From the human T2T-CHM13v2.0 reference genome, Homo sapiens, in NCBI RefSeq assembly GCF_009914755.1, contig NC_060936.1: a stretch of DNA of 64,000 bases. One strand, written 5' to 3'. The position numbers and the translations under genes were made by a program. The notes beneath the pieces are model-generated. The model saw only the letters and a program-made list of their open reading frames with translations. It was not told the origin of the DNA and did not search any database. Within the stretch, counting starts at the first letter, position 1. Each line of letters starts with the position of its first letter. Below are positions 16,090-34,631 of this stretch, in pieces.

Positions 16090-16940
16090 CAGCCATCTTG
16101 GAGCATATCTATTATAAAAGTTGGGAAAGTGGGAGATTTGCCTCTCATGGTCTTCTCCTTTTTGGGAAGAGACTCCCTGCAGAGATCTCCGTATGCCTCA
16201 TTTGCCTGAAAGGATATGCCCATCCCTTGACTAATATGTTGGGTATGGTTTAGCTCAAATTAATCCATCCCCAGGACTAAGGAAGAAGTGTAATGGCAAG
16301 TGGGCAGGCAACTAAAAGTGACTTCTGTGCTGATGGGGTGGGTGCAGTCATTACCTTCACCTTGCAGATGAGGAAATGAGGCCCAGAGAGGTAAAGTGTC
16401 TTGCCCAAGATCTCATTGCTAGCTAGTGGCAGCCCAGGTCTTCCTGACTCCAGAGCCTATGTCCGGATGCTGTGATGTACCACTGCACCCAGCTTGGTGC
16501 CCTACAAACAGCAGACTCTATGGAAATGAGTTAGGGAAACAAAGATGCACGGCAGAGGGCCCAAGAAGAGGAAAGCGGCACCTGTTTCCTCCTAGCTATG
16601 CTGGCAGGGCATGGAAACATCTCTTTTTATTTATCAAGAGAAACAGCTTGATGTCTCATTTTTAAAAAAACAAAATGAGGAAAAATGATTGTTTTTAATG
16701 TTGTCTGTGATTTGAGCTGGTTGCCCAAGAAGTGTGGGAGAAGCTCTCTTAGGGTGAAAATTGCTCTCTTATTTAGGAAACCATCTGGATGAGACATTTT
16801 AGTTTCGGAGGTGATCCTTCCTAGCTCCTTCCATTTTCCCCGAGCCAATCTAGCAGAATCAGGAGATGAAAAGGGTTTCTTTTTTTCTTTTTTTTTTTGA
16901 GATGGAGTCTCACTCTTTTGCCCAGGCTGGAGTGCAGTAG

Positions 16941-17099
<159 letters not shown>

Positions 17100-17897
17100 T
17101 AGTCTCGAATTCCTGACCTCAGGTGATCCACCCGCCTTGGCCTCCCAGAGTGCTGGGATTACAGGCGTGAACCACCGCATCCAGCCAAAAAGGGGTTAAA
17201 TGTATCAGCATATTGTGCTAACCAGGATTCCGATTTTTGGATGGTCCAGAAGAGTGGGCAGTGTAGAGTTAGCCTGAGTTATTCTCAGTTGCCTCATCTG
17301 TAAAATGGGGATAATGTGGGTATCTACCCTGTGGGGTTGTTACAAGAATGTTGGCCAGGCGCGGTAGCTCACACCTGTAATCCCAGCACTTTGGGAGGCT
17401 GAGATGGGTGGATCATTTGAGGTCAGGAGATCAAAACCACCCTGGCCAACATGGTGAAACCCTGTTTCTAATAAAAGTACAAAAATTAGCCGGGCATGGT
17501 AGTGGGTGCCTGTAATCCCAGCTACTTGGGAGGCTGAGGCAGAAGAATTGCTTGAGCCTGGGAGGTGGAGGTTGCAGTGAGCCGAGTGCACCATTGCACT
17601 CCAGCCTGGGTGACAGAGTGAGATTCCATCTCAAGAAAAAAAAACAAAAGAATGTTTAAGTAAGTTATTGTATGAAAGGTGCTTAGAACAATGCCTGGCA
17701 CATAGTAAGTGTTCAACCACTGTTACTACTACTGCTACTATTATTATTGCCATTGCTATTATCATGGAAGAGAGAGATTTTGATTTTCTATGGAGGGGAC
17801 AGGAAGCTATAGGGGGTGAGTGGTGATCAGGGCCTAAAGAGAAAGATATTCAAGGGAGAAATTCACTGCCGTGGAGGAAGATTGTAGAACTTTATTA

Positions 17898-18308
<411 letters not shown>

Positions 18309-18911
18309 CTAGGACTGTTGGCTACCCAAAGTTATCAGGAAGCCACAATCCTTCTATCCCTATGCTTATTATGGTTACAAGATGACTGCTGGAGCTCCAG
18401 CCATTATATCTACTTTTTAGGCAGGAAGGGAGATAATGGTGAAAGAAGGAAAGAGAGAGCATGCCAGCTCAGTCAGCCTGTTTTTAGGAGATATCTTGGA
18501 AGTGTCATTCTTAGGTCCCATTCTCCCAGAAGACCCTGAACCAAAGATCCAGATGCAAGTGATTAATTCGGGAAATGCTGTCAGGGGAAACTGGTCAGGG
18601 AGTGAAAGAAGCAGAATGAGGAAAAGGAACCCGCCAAGCAAGGGTGCAACTTCAGGGCAGCCTCAGCTGGATCCTTGGGGAGCTTGGGAGTATAAATTAC
18701 ATCTCAGAGTTTGTCCTGCCTCAAAGGAAAGGAACTGGGCCCCTGCATTTCAACCCAGCCATGGGCTGCCCAGAAGAGGTTGGGAGGAAGTAAATCTCCA
18801 GGAACTTCTGGCTTTCCATACAGCAGAGGTGGCACCATTGCCCAAATCTATGTTAGAAGCATAGAAAAGCTGCAGATGCTGGTGAACGTTTGCAGAGTTA
18901 GTAAAGGGTAG

Positions 18912-19335
<424 letters not shown>

Positions 19336-19791
19336 TGACTGAGATGTGGTTTTCAAAGCTGGGCATGTGCCATTCCCAGTAAAAGTAAGAAAAGAGAGGA
19401 AGGAGAGAGTAGATATTGAGGAGACAAACTGTCATGCTGAAGCTTCCATTTTCCCTTGAGGAGGAGGCCAGACAGACATGACCTTTGCTCGGAGCAGCTG
19501 GGCAGCACACGGGTACATATACTGCTTGGGGCACCAGGTCTCTGCTGCTGCCTCCAGATGGGCAGCCATTTGTTCTCCCCTGCCTTGCAGGGTCACAGCA
19601 TGGCCTGCAATCTTCTCTTTTCCTCTCACTCTCCCGAGCTCTGTGAGCTCTACCCGTTCATAGCCTCAGCTGGGGAAAGTGGGACCATGACAGGGAGAGG
19701 AAGGTGGCACATAGAGGGAGGGAGAGAGCTCAGTTCTTTACTTTTTCAAAAAGATGAAACAAGGCTGAGGCAGGAGGATCACTTGAGCCTA

Positions 19792-20331
<540 letters not shown>

Positions 20332-21269
20332 TCACTTACTTGTCACATGGGAAGGTGAGGAGTGGCTGTGACGGTCAGGGCTCCGAAGAAAACTGAATCC
20401 AACCCAGACAGTTCAAAAGACTTTAAAGAAGGACTTCTCTTAGAGTGTGGGCAGGGTTAAGGGAACAGAGAAGAGAGATTGAGGCACTGAGAGAATAGCA
20501 AGAGAAGGAAGCCATTGCCACACTAAAGGTAGGACAAGGCAGGAGAAGGAACTGATGTGATGGAAGCCCAGTGAGGGCTGGAGCTGGGGAGGGGGGCCAT
20601 ATAGACAGAAGCTGTAGCTACATAGGGATGTAGCGACTAGCAGGGACAGGATGTCAAAGTATGCAAGAACTTTGAAAGAAACGTCTCACATCTCTCTCAC
20701 CCTGTCTGACTGGTCTCCTGCTGGTCTCTGTCACTGGCCACATTCAACCAGAAGACAGAAGGCAAGGGAGACCTTGAGTGATGTGGATCACACTGTCCAC
20801 TTCTTGAGACACACAGCAGGAAGAGAAGAGTGGCAAATGAATTGGACAGAAGATGGACTAGACGACGAAAAACAATATGTACATACCATGCATATGCTTA
20901 ATAGATGTGGGTATTTTATTTTATTTTGTATTAAACATTTTTAAATAGAGATGGGGGTCTCATTATGTTGCCCAGGCTGGTCTCTAACTCCTGGACTCAA
21001 GCGATCTTCCCACCTTGACCTCCCAAAGTGCTAGGATTATAGGTGCGAGCCACTGCACCAGGCCAGGTGTGGTTATTTTTACGTTTTTCGATGCTCTAGA
21101 ATGTCCCATGAGTAGATAAGCCATAATTTACTTTAAAAATCCTCCTCTTGGCCATGGCGTGGTGGCTCACACTTGTAATCCCAGCACTTTGGGAGGCGGA
21201 GGTGGGCGGATCACAAGGTCAGGAGATCGAGACCATCCTGGCTAACACAGTGAAACCCTGTCTCTACTA

Positions 21270-21458
<189 letters not shown>

Positions 21459-21469
21459 TCATCTGTCTA

Positions 21470-24010
<2,541 letters not shown>

Positions 24011-24071
24011 GCTGTGTGAGGCCAAAATGTTTTCTGAAGAATCTACACCTGTGTCAGAAGTCTGTCACTGA

Positions 24072-24476
<405 letters not shown>

Positions 24477-24615
24477 TAAAGTTCTCCATTTGGTCCTGGC
24501 AGTCTCAATAAATCAAGGCTCAGAGAAGTCTATTTGCTTTTCTAGGGGCACACAGCAAACCAGTGGCAGATCCAGGACTCCAGCATTCTGTCCACTGCGC
24601 CATTGTGCCTCACTG

Positions 24616-25167
24616 TGTTACAGGAAAGGGATCCGGATCCAGACCCCAAGAGAGGGTTCTTGGATCTCCTGCAAGAATGAATTCAGAGTGAGTCCATAGA
24701 GTAAAGTGACAGCAAGTTTATTAAGAAAGTAAAGGGATAAAAGAATGGCTACTCCATAGACAGAGCTGTCCCGAGGTCTGCTGATTGCCCATTTTTATGG
24801 TTATTTCTTGATGATATGCTAAACAAGGGGTGGATTATTCATGTCTCCCCTTTTTAGATCATATAGGGTAACTTCCTGACATTGCCATGGCATTTATAAA
24901 CTGTCATGACGCTGGTGGGAGAGCAGCAATGAGGACGACCAGAGAACACTCGTCGCCATCTTGTATTTGGTGGATTTTAGCCAGCTGCTTTTCTGCAAAC
25001 TGTTTTATCAGCAAGGTCTTTATGATCTGTATCTTGTGCTGTCCTCCTATCTCATCCTGTGACTTAGAATGCCTTAACCGTTTAGGAATGCAGCCCAGTA
25101 GGTCGTAGCCTTATTTTACCCAGCCCCTACTCAAGATGGAGTTGCTTTGATTCAAATGCCTCTGACA
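24616..25167 (-). mobile_element. MER41A-type ERV1 solo LTR
   Basis: Collinear with the 2570-3120 copy. TG...CA ends. Flanks ACTG and ATTG form a 4-bp TSD with one mismatch. Confidence 0.88.
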
Positions 25168-25271
25168 ATTGGAAGGGAGGCCAAGAGGGGTGCAATTCTG
25201 GATCCCACTAGGAAGGAATTGGAAACTTTGGATGTCAACAATGGCCACGGTCTCTGTATCTGATAGTTCTT

Positions 25272-26250
<979 letters not shown>

Positions 26251-28789
26251 TCTGTATCTGATAGTTCTTGGTTGCAAACAACAGAATCCTCTCCAGCTGG
26301 CTTAAGTGGACGTGGAATGCATTGAAGGCCATTAGGCAGTCCATAGATGATCTGGTGGGCTTGGTGGCTCTGCAGCGGGAACAGAACTCACCTCCCTCCA
26401 CCTGTGGGCCCATGCGCTTCAGCTTACACCATGGACTCTGAGGACTGGAGGCATTCGGCCAGCACCTGCCCCAAGTTCTCCCAGCGGACTTCCCCTCTCA
26501 CTGGCCACCCTGAGATCTCAGGTGGGCTCGATGAGATCTTGAGACCTGTGAGATCCAGGGTCCTCCACCCAAGTCTAGAATAAAAATCAGGACTTTGCTA
26601 GCAAGGAAAACGTGAGGAAGGGCTTTGTGCACGGTCTGCCTGTGCGGCCACGGCAATGTAGACTTGGCAAAAGAAGGCTACCCTGGCCTGACTTCACACA
26701 GTCTGTTGGCTCCAGCACCCAACACCTCATGAACCTATTCATCAGTCCTTTGTTTCCCAGGGAATTTTGTGTCCAGATTCCACTTCCTGGGAAAGGAGCT
26801 CTGATTGGTTTAACTTGCGTGAGGTGTTCTCTTCTTGTCCAATCCGCCACAGAAGGAAGGAGGATTGGGGGACCTCAAATACCACAGGCGTGGAGATTAG
26901 GCCACTCAGCAGGGCAGGGGAAGATGGAAGGGGCTGGAGTGGCCTCCTTCGCTGAGGAACAACAACAGTTTATTTGTTACCAAGAAAACAAATGAAGTGG
27001 GACTAATGGCACCAGTGAAGTTGAGGCACCCATACTTTTTTTTCCCCAAAATGATTTGTTATGTTATTCAATACACATGACAGCAGAAGTTGGAATCCAG
27101 ACTACTTGACACTTAGCTTGTGGATCAGTACTGTTTTTATTGAATGTCATAGGTGGGGTGAAATGTTTCACAACCTTTGCAGACTTTAAAGTTCTCAATT
27201 TGGTCCTGGCAGTCACAAGAAATTGAGGCTCAGAGAGGTCTGTTTGCTTTTCTCAGGGTGCAAAGCAGAGCAGTTCTCTCCATTACACTACTGCGCCCTC
27301 CCTGCCTGTGCCCCCTTTTCTAAAATTTTTTTTATTTTTTTATTTTTCTGAGACAGGGTATTGCTCTGTCACCCAGGTTGGAGTGCAGCGGCATGATCAT
27401 AGCTCATTGCAGCCTCGAACTCCCAGGCTCAGGTGTTCCTCCTGTCTCAGCCTCCTGAGTAGTTAGGACTACAGGTGCATGCCACCATTCCCAGCTAATT
27501 TTTGTATTTTTTGCAGAGACAGAGTCTTGCCATGTTGCCCAGGCTGGTTTCGAACTCCTGGGCTCAAGCAATCAACCCACCTTGACCTCCCAAAATGCTG
27601 GGATTACAGGCATGAGCCACTGCGCCTGGCGAGAATTATTTTCACATTCCCTGTTGGGGACCACCTGACCATGGCCCCCTGGACCCACATCATTGGGCCA
27701 GGACATCAAATCTAGACTAGGACAATCGTATTCTCTTGGGAAGAGAGGAGGACATTGGAGCATCTCTTGGGAAGAGATGAGGAAGTTGAGATGAGGACAT
27801 TGATTTTTTTTTTTTAAACTGAGTTCTAAAATGGGAACTTATAAGAAGCAAGATGGGAGGAAGAGGGGACAGCAGAGAAAATAGTCCTTAAAAAAAGAGG
27901 CCAAGTTGAGAGACCAGGTGGTTCCAGAGAGGGCTAGAGGGAGGAGCTGCCTTGGTTTCTGACAGCTTACTAGTTCTGGGTTCTTGTTCCTCATGGGATC
28001 TGCCTCCAACCTTTGTGAGATAGCCCTAACATTCATACGATGCAGCATGCTTTAGATGAAAGAAACAGAAACTGCAATCCACACTGGCTTAAAAAACAAG
28101 AAACGTATTCATTCACATAATAGGAAATGCAGAGTTCCTATTGTTCATAATGTGGGTTTCAGGCAAGGTATGATCAGGGTGCCAGCCACATTGTTCTGTA
28201 ATTCTCCCTAGGCTCCTCCCTCCATCGTGTGTTAGCCTTGATCTCACACTGGCTTCCCTCATAGTTGCCAGAGGGCTGTCAGCAACATGAGGGGCAACAT
28301 GCTTTCTTGTTTGCATCCATAAGGGTAGAAAAGCATCTCCCTCTACCCCAAGTTCTTCCTTTCTGTCTGATAGGCCACTGTCAGTTGCACGCCTATTCCT
28401 GGACCAGTAGAAGTTTCTGGGAGAATGCTATGCACTAATTGGCTTAAACTTAGATTCCCAGTCATTGGCAAGGAGGTGATGGGATGGCTGTGATTTGCTA
28501 ACACTAATGGAGATCTACCTTGGAGGTGTGTGTAAAACTCAACTGCTCCTGGTTACATAGGCTCAATGGGGAAGGACTGTTACCTGAACAAATTGGGATT
28601 GGCTGGGAAGAAGGAAAGGGAAACAGATGAGGAGGCCAAAGAAAAAAATTCATTTTGAGATAGTTCGAGTGGGTTTCTGATTTTTGTAACCAAAGAGTCA
28701 CTTGGACTGTCAGTTTTCTGGTCTGCGTCCAAATGCCTCTGCCTGGTCCCTCTGCGGCTTGGCTCTAATTTCCTCCTGTGTTCTGGAGG

Positions 28790-29140
28790 CTCTGCTGTCG
28801 CCAACATTTCCCACCGCTGGCTCATCGCTTTGGCAAGCTGGCATCTCACCCTGCTCCAAGTCCCGCTGATAAAGCAGAAGGTCCCTTTAGCAGAATCGAT
28901 TCTGACATGTTCTAATTAAAAAAGCCTGATACGTCTCTGCATGGCGGCTGCTGAGAGCTGCGCCCATAAAGACAAAGAGAGTAAATTCGTCGGAGGAAGG
29001 TCTATTTTTAACAAGTCCTGAACCTAATTGAACTTAATCATTTTTCAGTCGTTGACACTTGAAATGTGTGAGTCATTGGGCTCTGCATGGAGCTGAGTGC
29101 TGGAGCAGCCCTTTAAATATCAGAGATGGGAGATATCAGC
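28790..29140. promoter_or_regulatory. Candidate enhancer (repeat-free, motif-dense)
   Basis: GATA, MEF2, NKX2-5, T-box-like, AP-1, homeobox and ATCGAT palindrome motifs within about 210 bp. CpGs retained. Confidence 0.45.
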
Positions 29141-30499
29141 TTGCAGGGCTGCTCAGATTTGGGGCTGTGGTTTCAGTCAGGGTGTGGAAAAGCGTGGGGC
29201 TCCAGAGACAGGGAGCCTTGGGTTCAAATCCTGGCTGCTCCACTGACTGCAAAACTCGGTTTCTCTAAGTCTGTTTCCCCATCTGTAAAATGAGGATGGT
29301 CAAGTGTATCCAAAACACTTCATATGAATCATTTGGAGGCAAGGCCTGACATGTAGCTGTTCATAATCTATCCTTATCTTACTTGACATGAATATTGATG
29401 TTTCCTTGCAGAAACAGTAATTCGTTTGATCTGGACTGTGTGGCCCGAACCCTGTATGTAATATACTGTCCCACTGACTTCCCTCATGGTTACAACGTGG
29501 CTGCCAGCAACATTAGGGGCAACATACTCCCTTGCGTACCATATTATCTTTCTGAAACCAAAAACATGGTAAGTTCTTTTTTTTTTTTTTGAAACGGAGT
29601 CTCACTCTGTCACCCAGGCTGGAGTGAGTGTGATCTTGGCTCACGGCAACCTTTGCCTCCTGGGTTCAAGCAATTCTCCTGCCCTAGCCTCCCGAGTAGC
29701 AGAGACTACAGGCACCCACCGGGTGTGTGCCACCATGCCGGGCTAAATTTGTTATATTTTTAGTAGAAATACAAAAAAAAAAAAAAAAAAAAAGAAATAC
29801 ACAGGGTTTCACCATGTTGGCCAGGCTGGTCTTGAGCTCCTGACCTTAAATGATCTACCTGCCTCAGCCTCCCAAAGTGCTAGGATTATAGGCATGAGCC
29901 AGCGCACCTGGCCTCCAAAATATGGTAAGTTCTAAAACACACATCCTGTCCCAAGAATTTACGGATGAAGTGGAGACCTTAGCAGGGCTGAGCTACTACA
30001 ATCCACTCAGGGGGCTAGGAGTTAAAGTGGAAATCACATGGAATCAAAATTACTGTAGAAAACAGGTACCCCCAATAATTTTCCATTAATTCTGTGATTG
30101 TTTCTAGAGCTTAGCCCCAGAGAAAGTAGTTGACTTGTGTTTCAGGGCCGATTGTATGAAAAATGTGTATCTTTAAACCACTAAACTCCGTTAGGGCAGT
30201 GAAAAGCTCACTTGCCTGGATCACACTTGGGTTCCCGTGTTATGCTCACAGTGGGTGGGGGTCAGGTGGATGTTCTGAAGAAAATTCTCCTGCACTGATG
30301 AAGTTATTTTTCTCATGAAATATCTCTTTCCCCCCCCGCCCCAACATTTTTTTTTAATTTATTTTTACTTTATTTTATTTTTCAGAGTAGAAAAAACTGG
30401 GCTCCTTTGAGTTAGCTGCGTGTGAAGTCTGTACCTAGCAGGGCTGCTGTGAGCATGAGTGTAGGTGTAGGCTAAGAAGACGGTGAATGGGGTGTGAGT

Positions 30500-31100
30500 G
30501 GGGCGAGGTGGACCAGCGATTGCATGGCGTTGGCCGAGGGAGGGGCTAAGACTGTTGATTGACTCAAGAAGTCACTTAGCGTCATGAGGGTCCGGGTAGT
30601 CTGGTAAGGGGTCGCTGGAGAGTGTGTCGCCCCTCTCCCCCAACCAAAAGCTTCCCTCCAACCAGCTGCTCTTGTCCTCTCCTCCCGAGGGCCCTGTGCC
30701 CTCCCAGCGGACTTGCAGGGGAGAACGTCCATGTTTGTGCGAGTCACAAAGGCGCCCGTTCCAGGGGTCCCAGAACGCCCGGGCGTGGGGCTGGGGGTGT
30801 GGCGCAGCGAGGCCGCGCAGCAAGCAGTCCTCCCGGCACCGTCGGAAGCGCAGTTGCAGCAGCCGTCGGACAAGCGGCCCGAGCAGCCACGGACAAGCAG
30901 TCCGGGCCCCGCCACTGGTAAGTTTCGCCGCCCGCCCGGCCGCGCCTGCTGCGCCACAGCTCCCCCTGCCAGGGAAAAGGAAAGAGCGGTCGCGGTCCCC
31001 AGTCCATTCATATCTCGCTGCCCTAAGCCTTGAAAGTATCAGGGTCTCCCGCAATCATGCATAAATAAATTGTAGTGTGTAAAATAACTCCAGAGCCGCG
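30500..31100 (+). promoter_or_regulatory. CCDC63: CpG island / CCDC63 promoter
   Basis: Only non-repeat CpG-dense, GC-rich segment in the window (densest about 30700-31000). Lies about 5.8 kb upstream of the ATG exon. Contains a strong donor ACTG|GTAAGT at 30918 and an AP-1 site TGACTCA at 30560-30566. Confidence 0.85.
30770..30917 (+). other. CCDC63: CCDC63 non-coding first exon (5' end approximate)
   Basis: Consensus 5' splice site CTG|GTAAGT (GT at 30918) inside the CpG island. The TSS cannot be fixed from sequence. Confidence 0.65.
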
Positions 31101-33271
31101 CGAGGTGGCTCATGCCTGTAATTCTAGCACTTTGGGAGGCTGAGGCAAGAGGATCGCTTGAGCCCAGGGGTTCGAGACCAGCTCGGGCAAATTCGTCTTT
31201 ACAAAATATTTAAAAACTTAGCCGGGCGTGGTGGTGCCACCTGTAGTCCCAGCTTCTTGGGAGGCTGAAGGGGGAGGATCGCTTAAGCCCGGGAAGGTTG
31301 AGGCTACAGTGAGCCGAGATTGAACCACTGCACGCCAGCCTGGGTGACAGAGAGAGAGAGAGACGCTCTCAAAAAAGGAAAAAAAAAAAAGTTCAACAAA
31401 TTTTTATTTTCCTCCCATAATAATCCTTAAAAAACAAAAAACAAAACAAACAAACAAAAAACAAGAAAAACAACAACAACAACAAAAAACTGTGTATGTG
31501 TTTCTGTGCTCCTGTTTGGCTAGTGCCCTAAGCACATGTTTAATTCCAGGTTGTGCAGCCCTGGCTCAATATGATCCACATAGCTGCCTGTCCCAAGGTC
31601 CCTAGGGAATCCTTCGGGGGCAGGCTTGTCTTTTAAAGGCAGGTTGTTAAAATTCAGAAGCAGATGAGGTGCAGGCCTAATTAGATATTAGATAAATGAA
31701 GATGATCTCTGCCTGGAGGAAACTTCATTCATTCAAACTGTATTTGCCAAGAGCTGCCCATGCGCCCAGGACTATGGATGCTGTGGTGAATAGACTGAGG
31801 CCCAAGGGGCAGGAGGCCCTTGCCTGACGTCCCCTGACCTGGGCTGCTGGGCTTCTCTGCACTTTTCCTCGCACACGCTGTTCCCCAGAAGTGGGCAGCT
31901 TTTAGATTCCTAACAGGAACTGCAAATTCAAATTCCTACTGGCTCTAGGCAGTTACAGAAAATGTGAGAATTGTGGGGAGGGGAGCTTATCCAATAGGGA
32001 GGAGTGGGGCCTGTGGCCAGGAGAGTGAGTGCATGACCCACATTTATGTTTTGAAACACTGTGGAACAGAACTGGAGGTAGGTTGAATTGGCCCCATGGA
32101 CTGTGAGTTTCAGACCCTTGAATGAGAGGGTGGTAAGCCAGGGGTCAGGACATCCAGGAGATGCTCTGCAGGCCAAGCTATGAGGATGGGGGTGAGGGGG
32201 TGGATCTGTTCCCCAGGGAATGTAGGAGCCCATCCCAGAGGGCACTGATCGAAAGGGAAAGGCCTGGGTTAACATCTGGAACCTGAAGAGAAGCCAGCAC
32301 CCTAGGGGAGAGTGACTATGTATGCGCATATGGATCAGCAAAAAGGCAGGAGGTGATGGAGCTTTTGGTTCCTGGAGAATGGTGCATAACCCAGCCAATG
32401 ATCTCATGGGCCAGACAGACTGGTACTTGAAAATCCCACTTCACAAACAGGCTACGTTCGCCCAGCGTCTGTCATGAGCTAGGCACTATGCTAACCACTT
32501 TACAGACATTATTTTGCGCTGAGATATGGGTGTGGGTATCCCCATTCTACAGATGAGGAAACTGAAGCTCAGAGAGGTCAAATCACACTGTCAGTGAAGG
32601 TCAGATATACCCAGTTCATGTTATTAAGATGGTGCATTACAAATCCACTTAGGACCCAAAGGGCCCTGGAACATAGAACAGCTCCTGGACAATATGAAAT
32701 TGGAGCTGCCCCAAATTCCAGGGCTGAAAGAGGTCCCAGAGAGAGCATCCTGTGCCCAAACCTTGTTAGTCAGGTAAATCCTCCTACAGCTTCTACTCCT
32801 ACCTGGAGGACCCTTCCAGAAATGATCAAGATACAGAACCATTGTCTTATACCACTTCCCTGCCTGTGGGAATTTCCCAACATCAGACAATTCAGTTGGC
32901 CCCCAAACCCTCAAAAACATCAGGGAAAATCCAGAGGTTCCTACATTACCAGCCACTATTTTCCTATCACCCATTAACCTGAGAACCATTTTCAAGGTAT
33001 GGACCATGTCAGTTAGGAATGCTTTAGGCTTCAATGAACAAAATATTTGGTGACTGCCTTAAACAACAGTGACTCTTGCTATTTCACCTAACATGATGTC
33101 TAGAGGTAGGCAGTTCCAGGGATGGGGCAGTAGCCAACAGTGTCAGTTAGAACCTAAATTTTTTCCTGTCTTTCCTCTTTGCTGTCTTTAGGTGTGACGG
33201 TGATATTTCTCTTCATGGTCATGGGAGGGTTGCCACTGAACCATCATGCATGCCTTCACAATAATTTCTAA

Positions 33272-33436
<165 letters not shown>

Positions 33437-34394
33437 TGAGTAGCTGGGATTACAGGTGCCCACCACCATGCCCAGCTAATTTTTGTATTTTTAGTAGAGA
33501 CGGGGTTTCACAATGTTGGCCAGGCTGGTCTCAGTCTCCTGACCCCAAGTGATCTGCCTGCCTTGGCCTCTCAAAGTGCTGGGATTACAGGCATGAGCCA
33601 CTGCGCCCGGCCCAAGTTCTCACTTTTTGTCCCAAAGGAATGGAATATACTTCTCCTTATGTCTCATTGGCCATATCTGGGTCACATGTCTATCATTAGA
33701 CCAATCATTGACAAAGGGAAGTGGGGTTACCATGACTAGCAGGAAACAATCATGAGTCATCCTCTGGGACTGGGCACATTGAAGGGGTACAAAATCAGAT
33801 TTGTGTTAGGCAGAAAGAAGTTAGGGTATTCTCTGAGGCATGCTAGCTGCTATAACAAATACATCCCCACATTTCACTGGCTTAACACAACAGAAGTTAA
33901 TTTCGCATTTGTGTAACAGCCCAATGAGGATGTTCATGGTTGGCAGATGACTTCTTCTACAAGTAGATCTGGGGACCTGTCTTGTGGCTCTGCCTCCTGT
34001 AAATGTCAGATGAGGCAAGAAAGGATGGAAAGGTCACATCCACTTCTTAAAAGTCATGATCTGGAAGTGACAGACTTCCCCTCTGCTCACATCCCATTGG
34101 TGAGAATTCATCAGAGAGCCCTGCCTGGATCCGAGAGGAGCAGGGAGGCGAAGCCCTGGTTGGGCAGCTAACTCACACAACAATGCCACATGGAGGGAAG
34201 CGACTGTTGGGGAGGCAATGAACTGATCTCTTCCAGGCTGATCTATCTCATCCTTGCTTTTAAGAAGCATCCAGGCTGGACGTGGTGGTTCACGCCTGTA
34301 ATCCCAGCACTTTGGGAGGCCGAGGTGGGCGGATCACCTGAGGTCATAAATTCGAGACCAGCCTGACCAAAATGGTGAAACCCCGTCTCTACTA

Positions 34395-34631
<237 letters not shown>

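Noticed and set aside
30472-31064. Overlapping 87-179 aa ORFs on both strands of the CpG island
   Set aside because: Expected in GC-rich stop-poor DNA. No recognisable domain, and the region is explained as promoter and 5'UTR exon.
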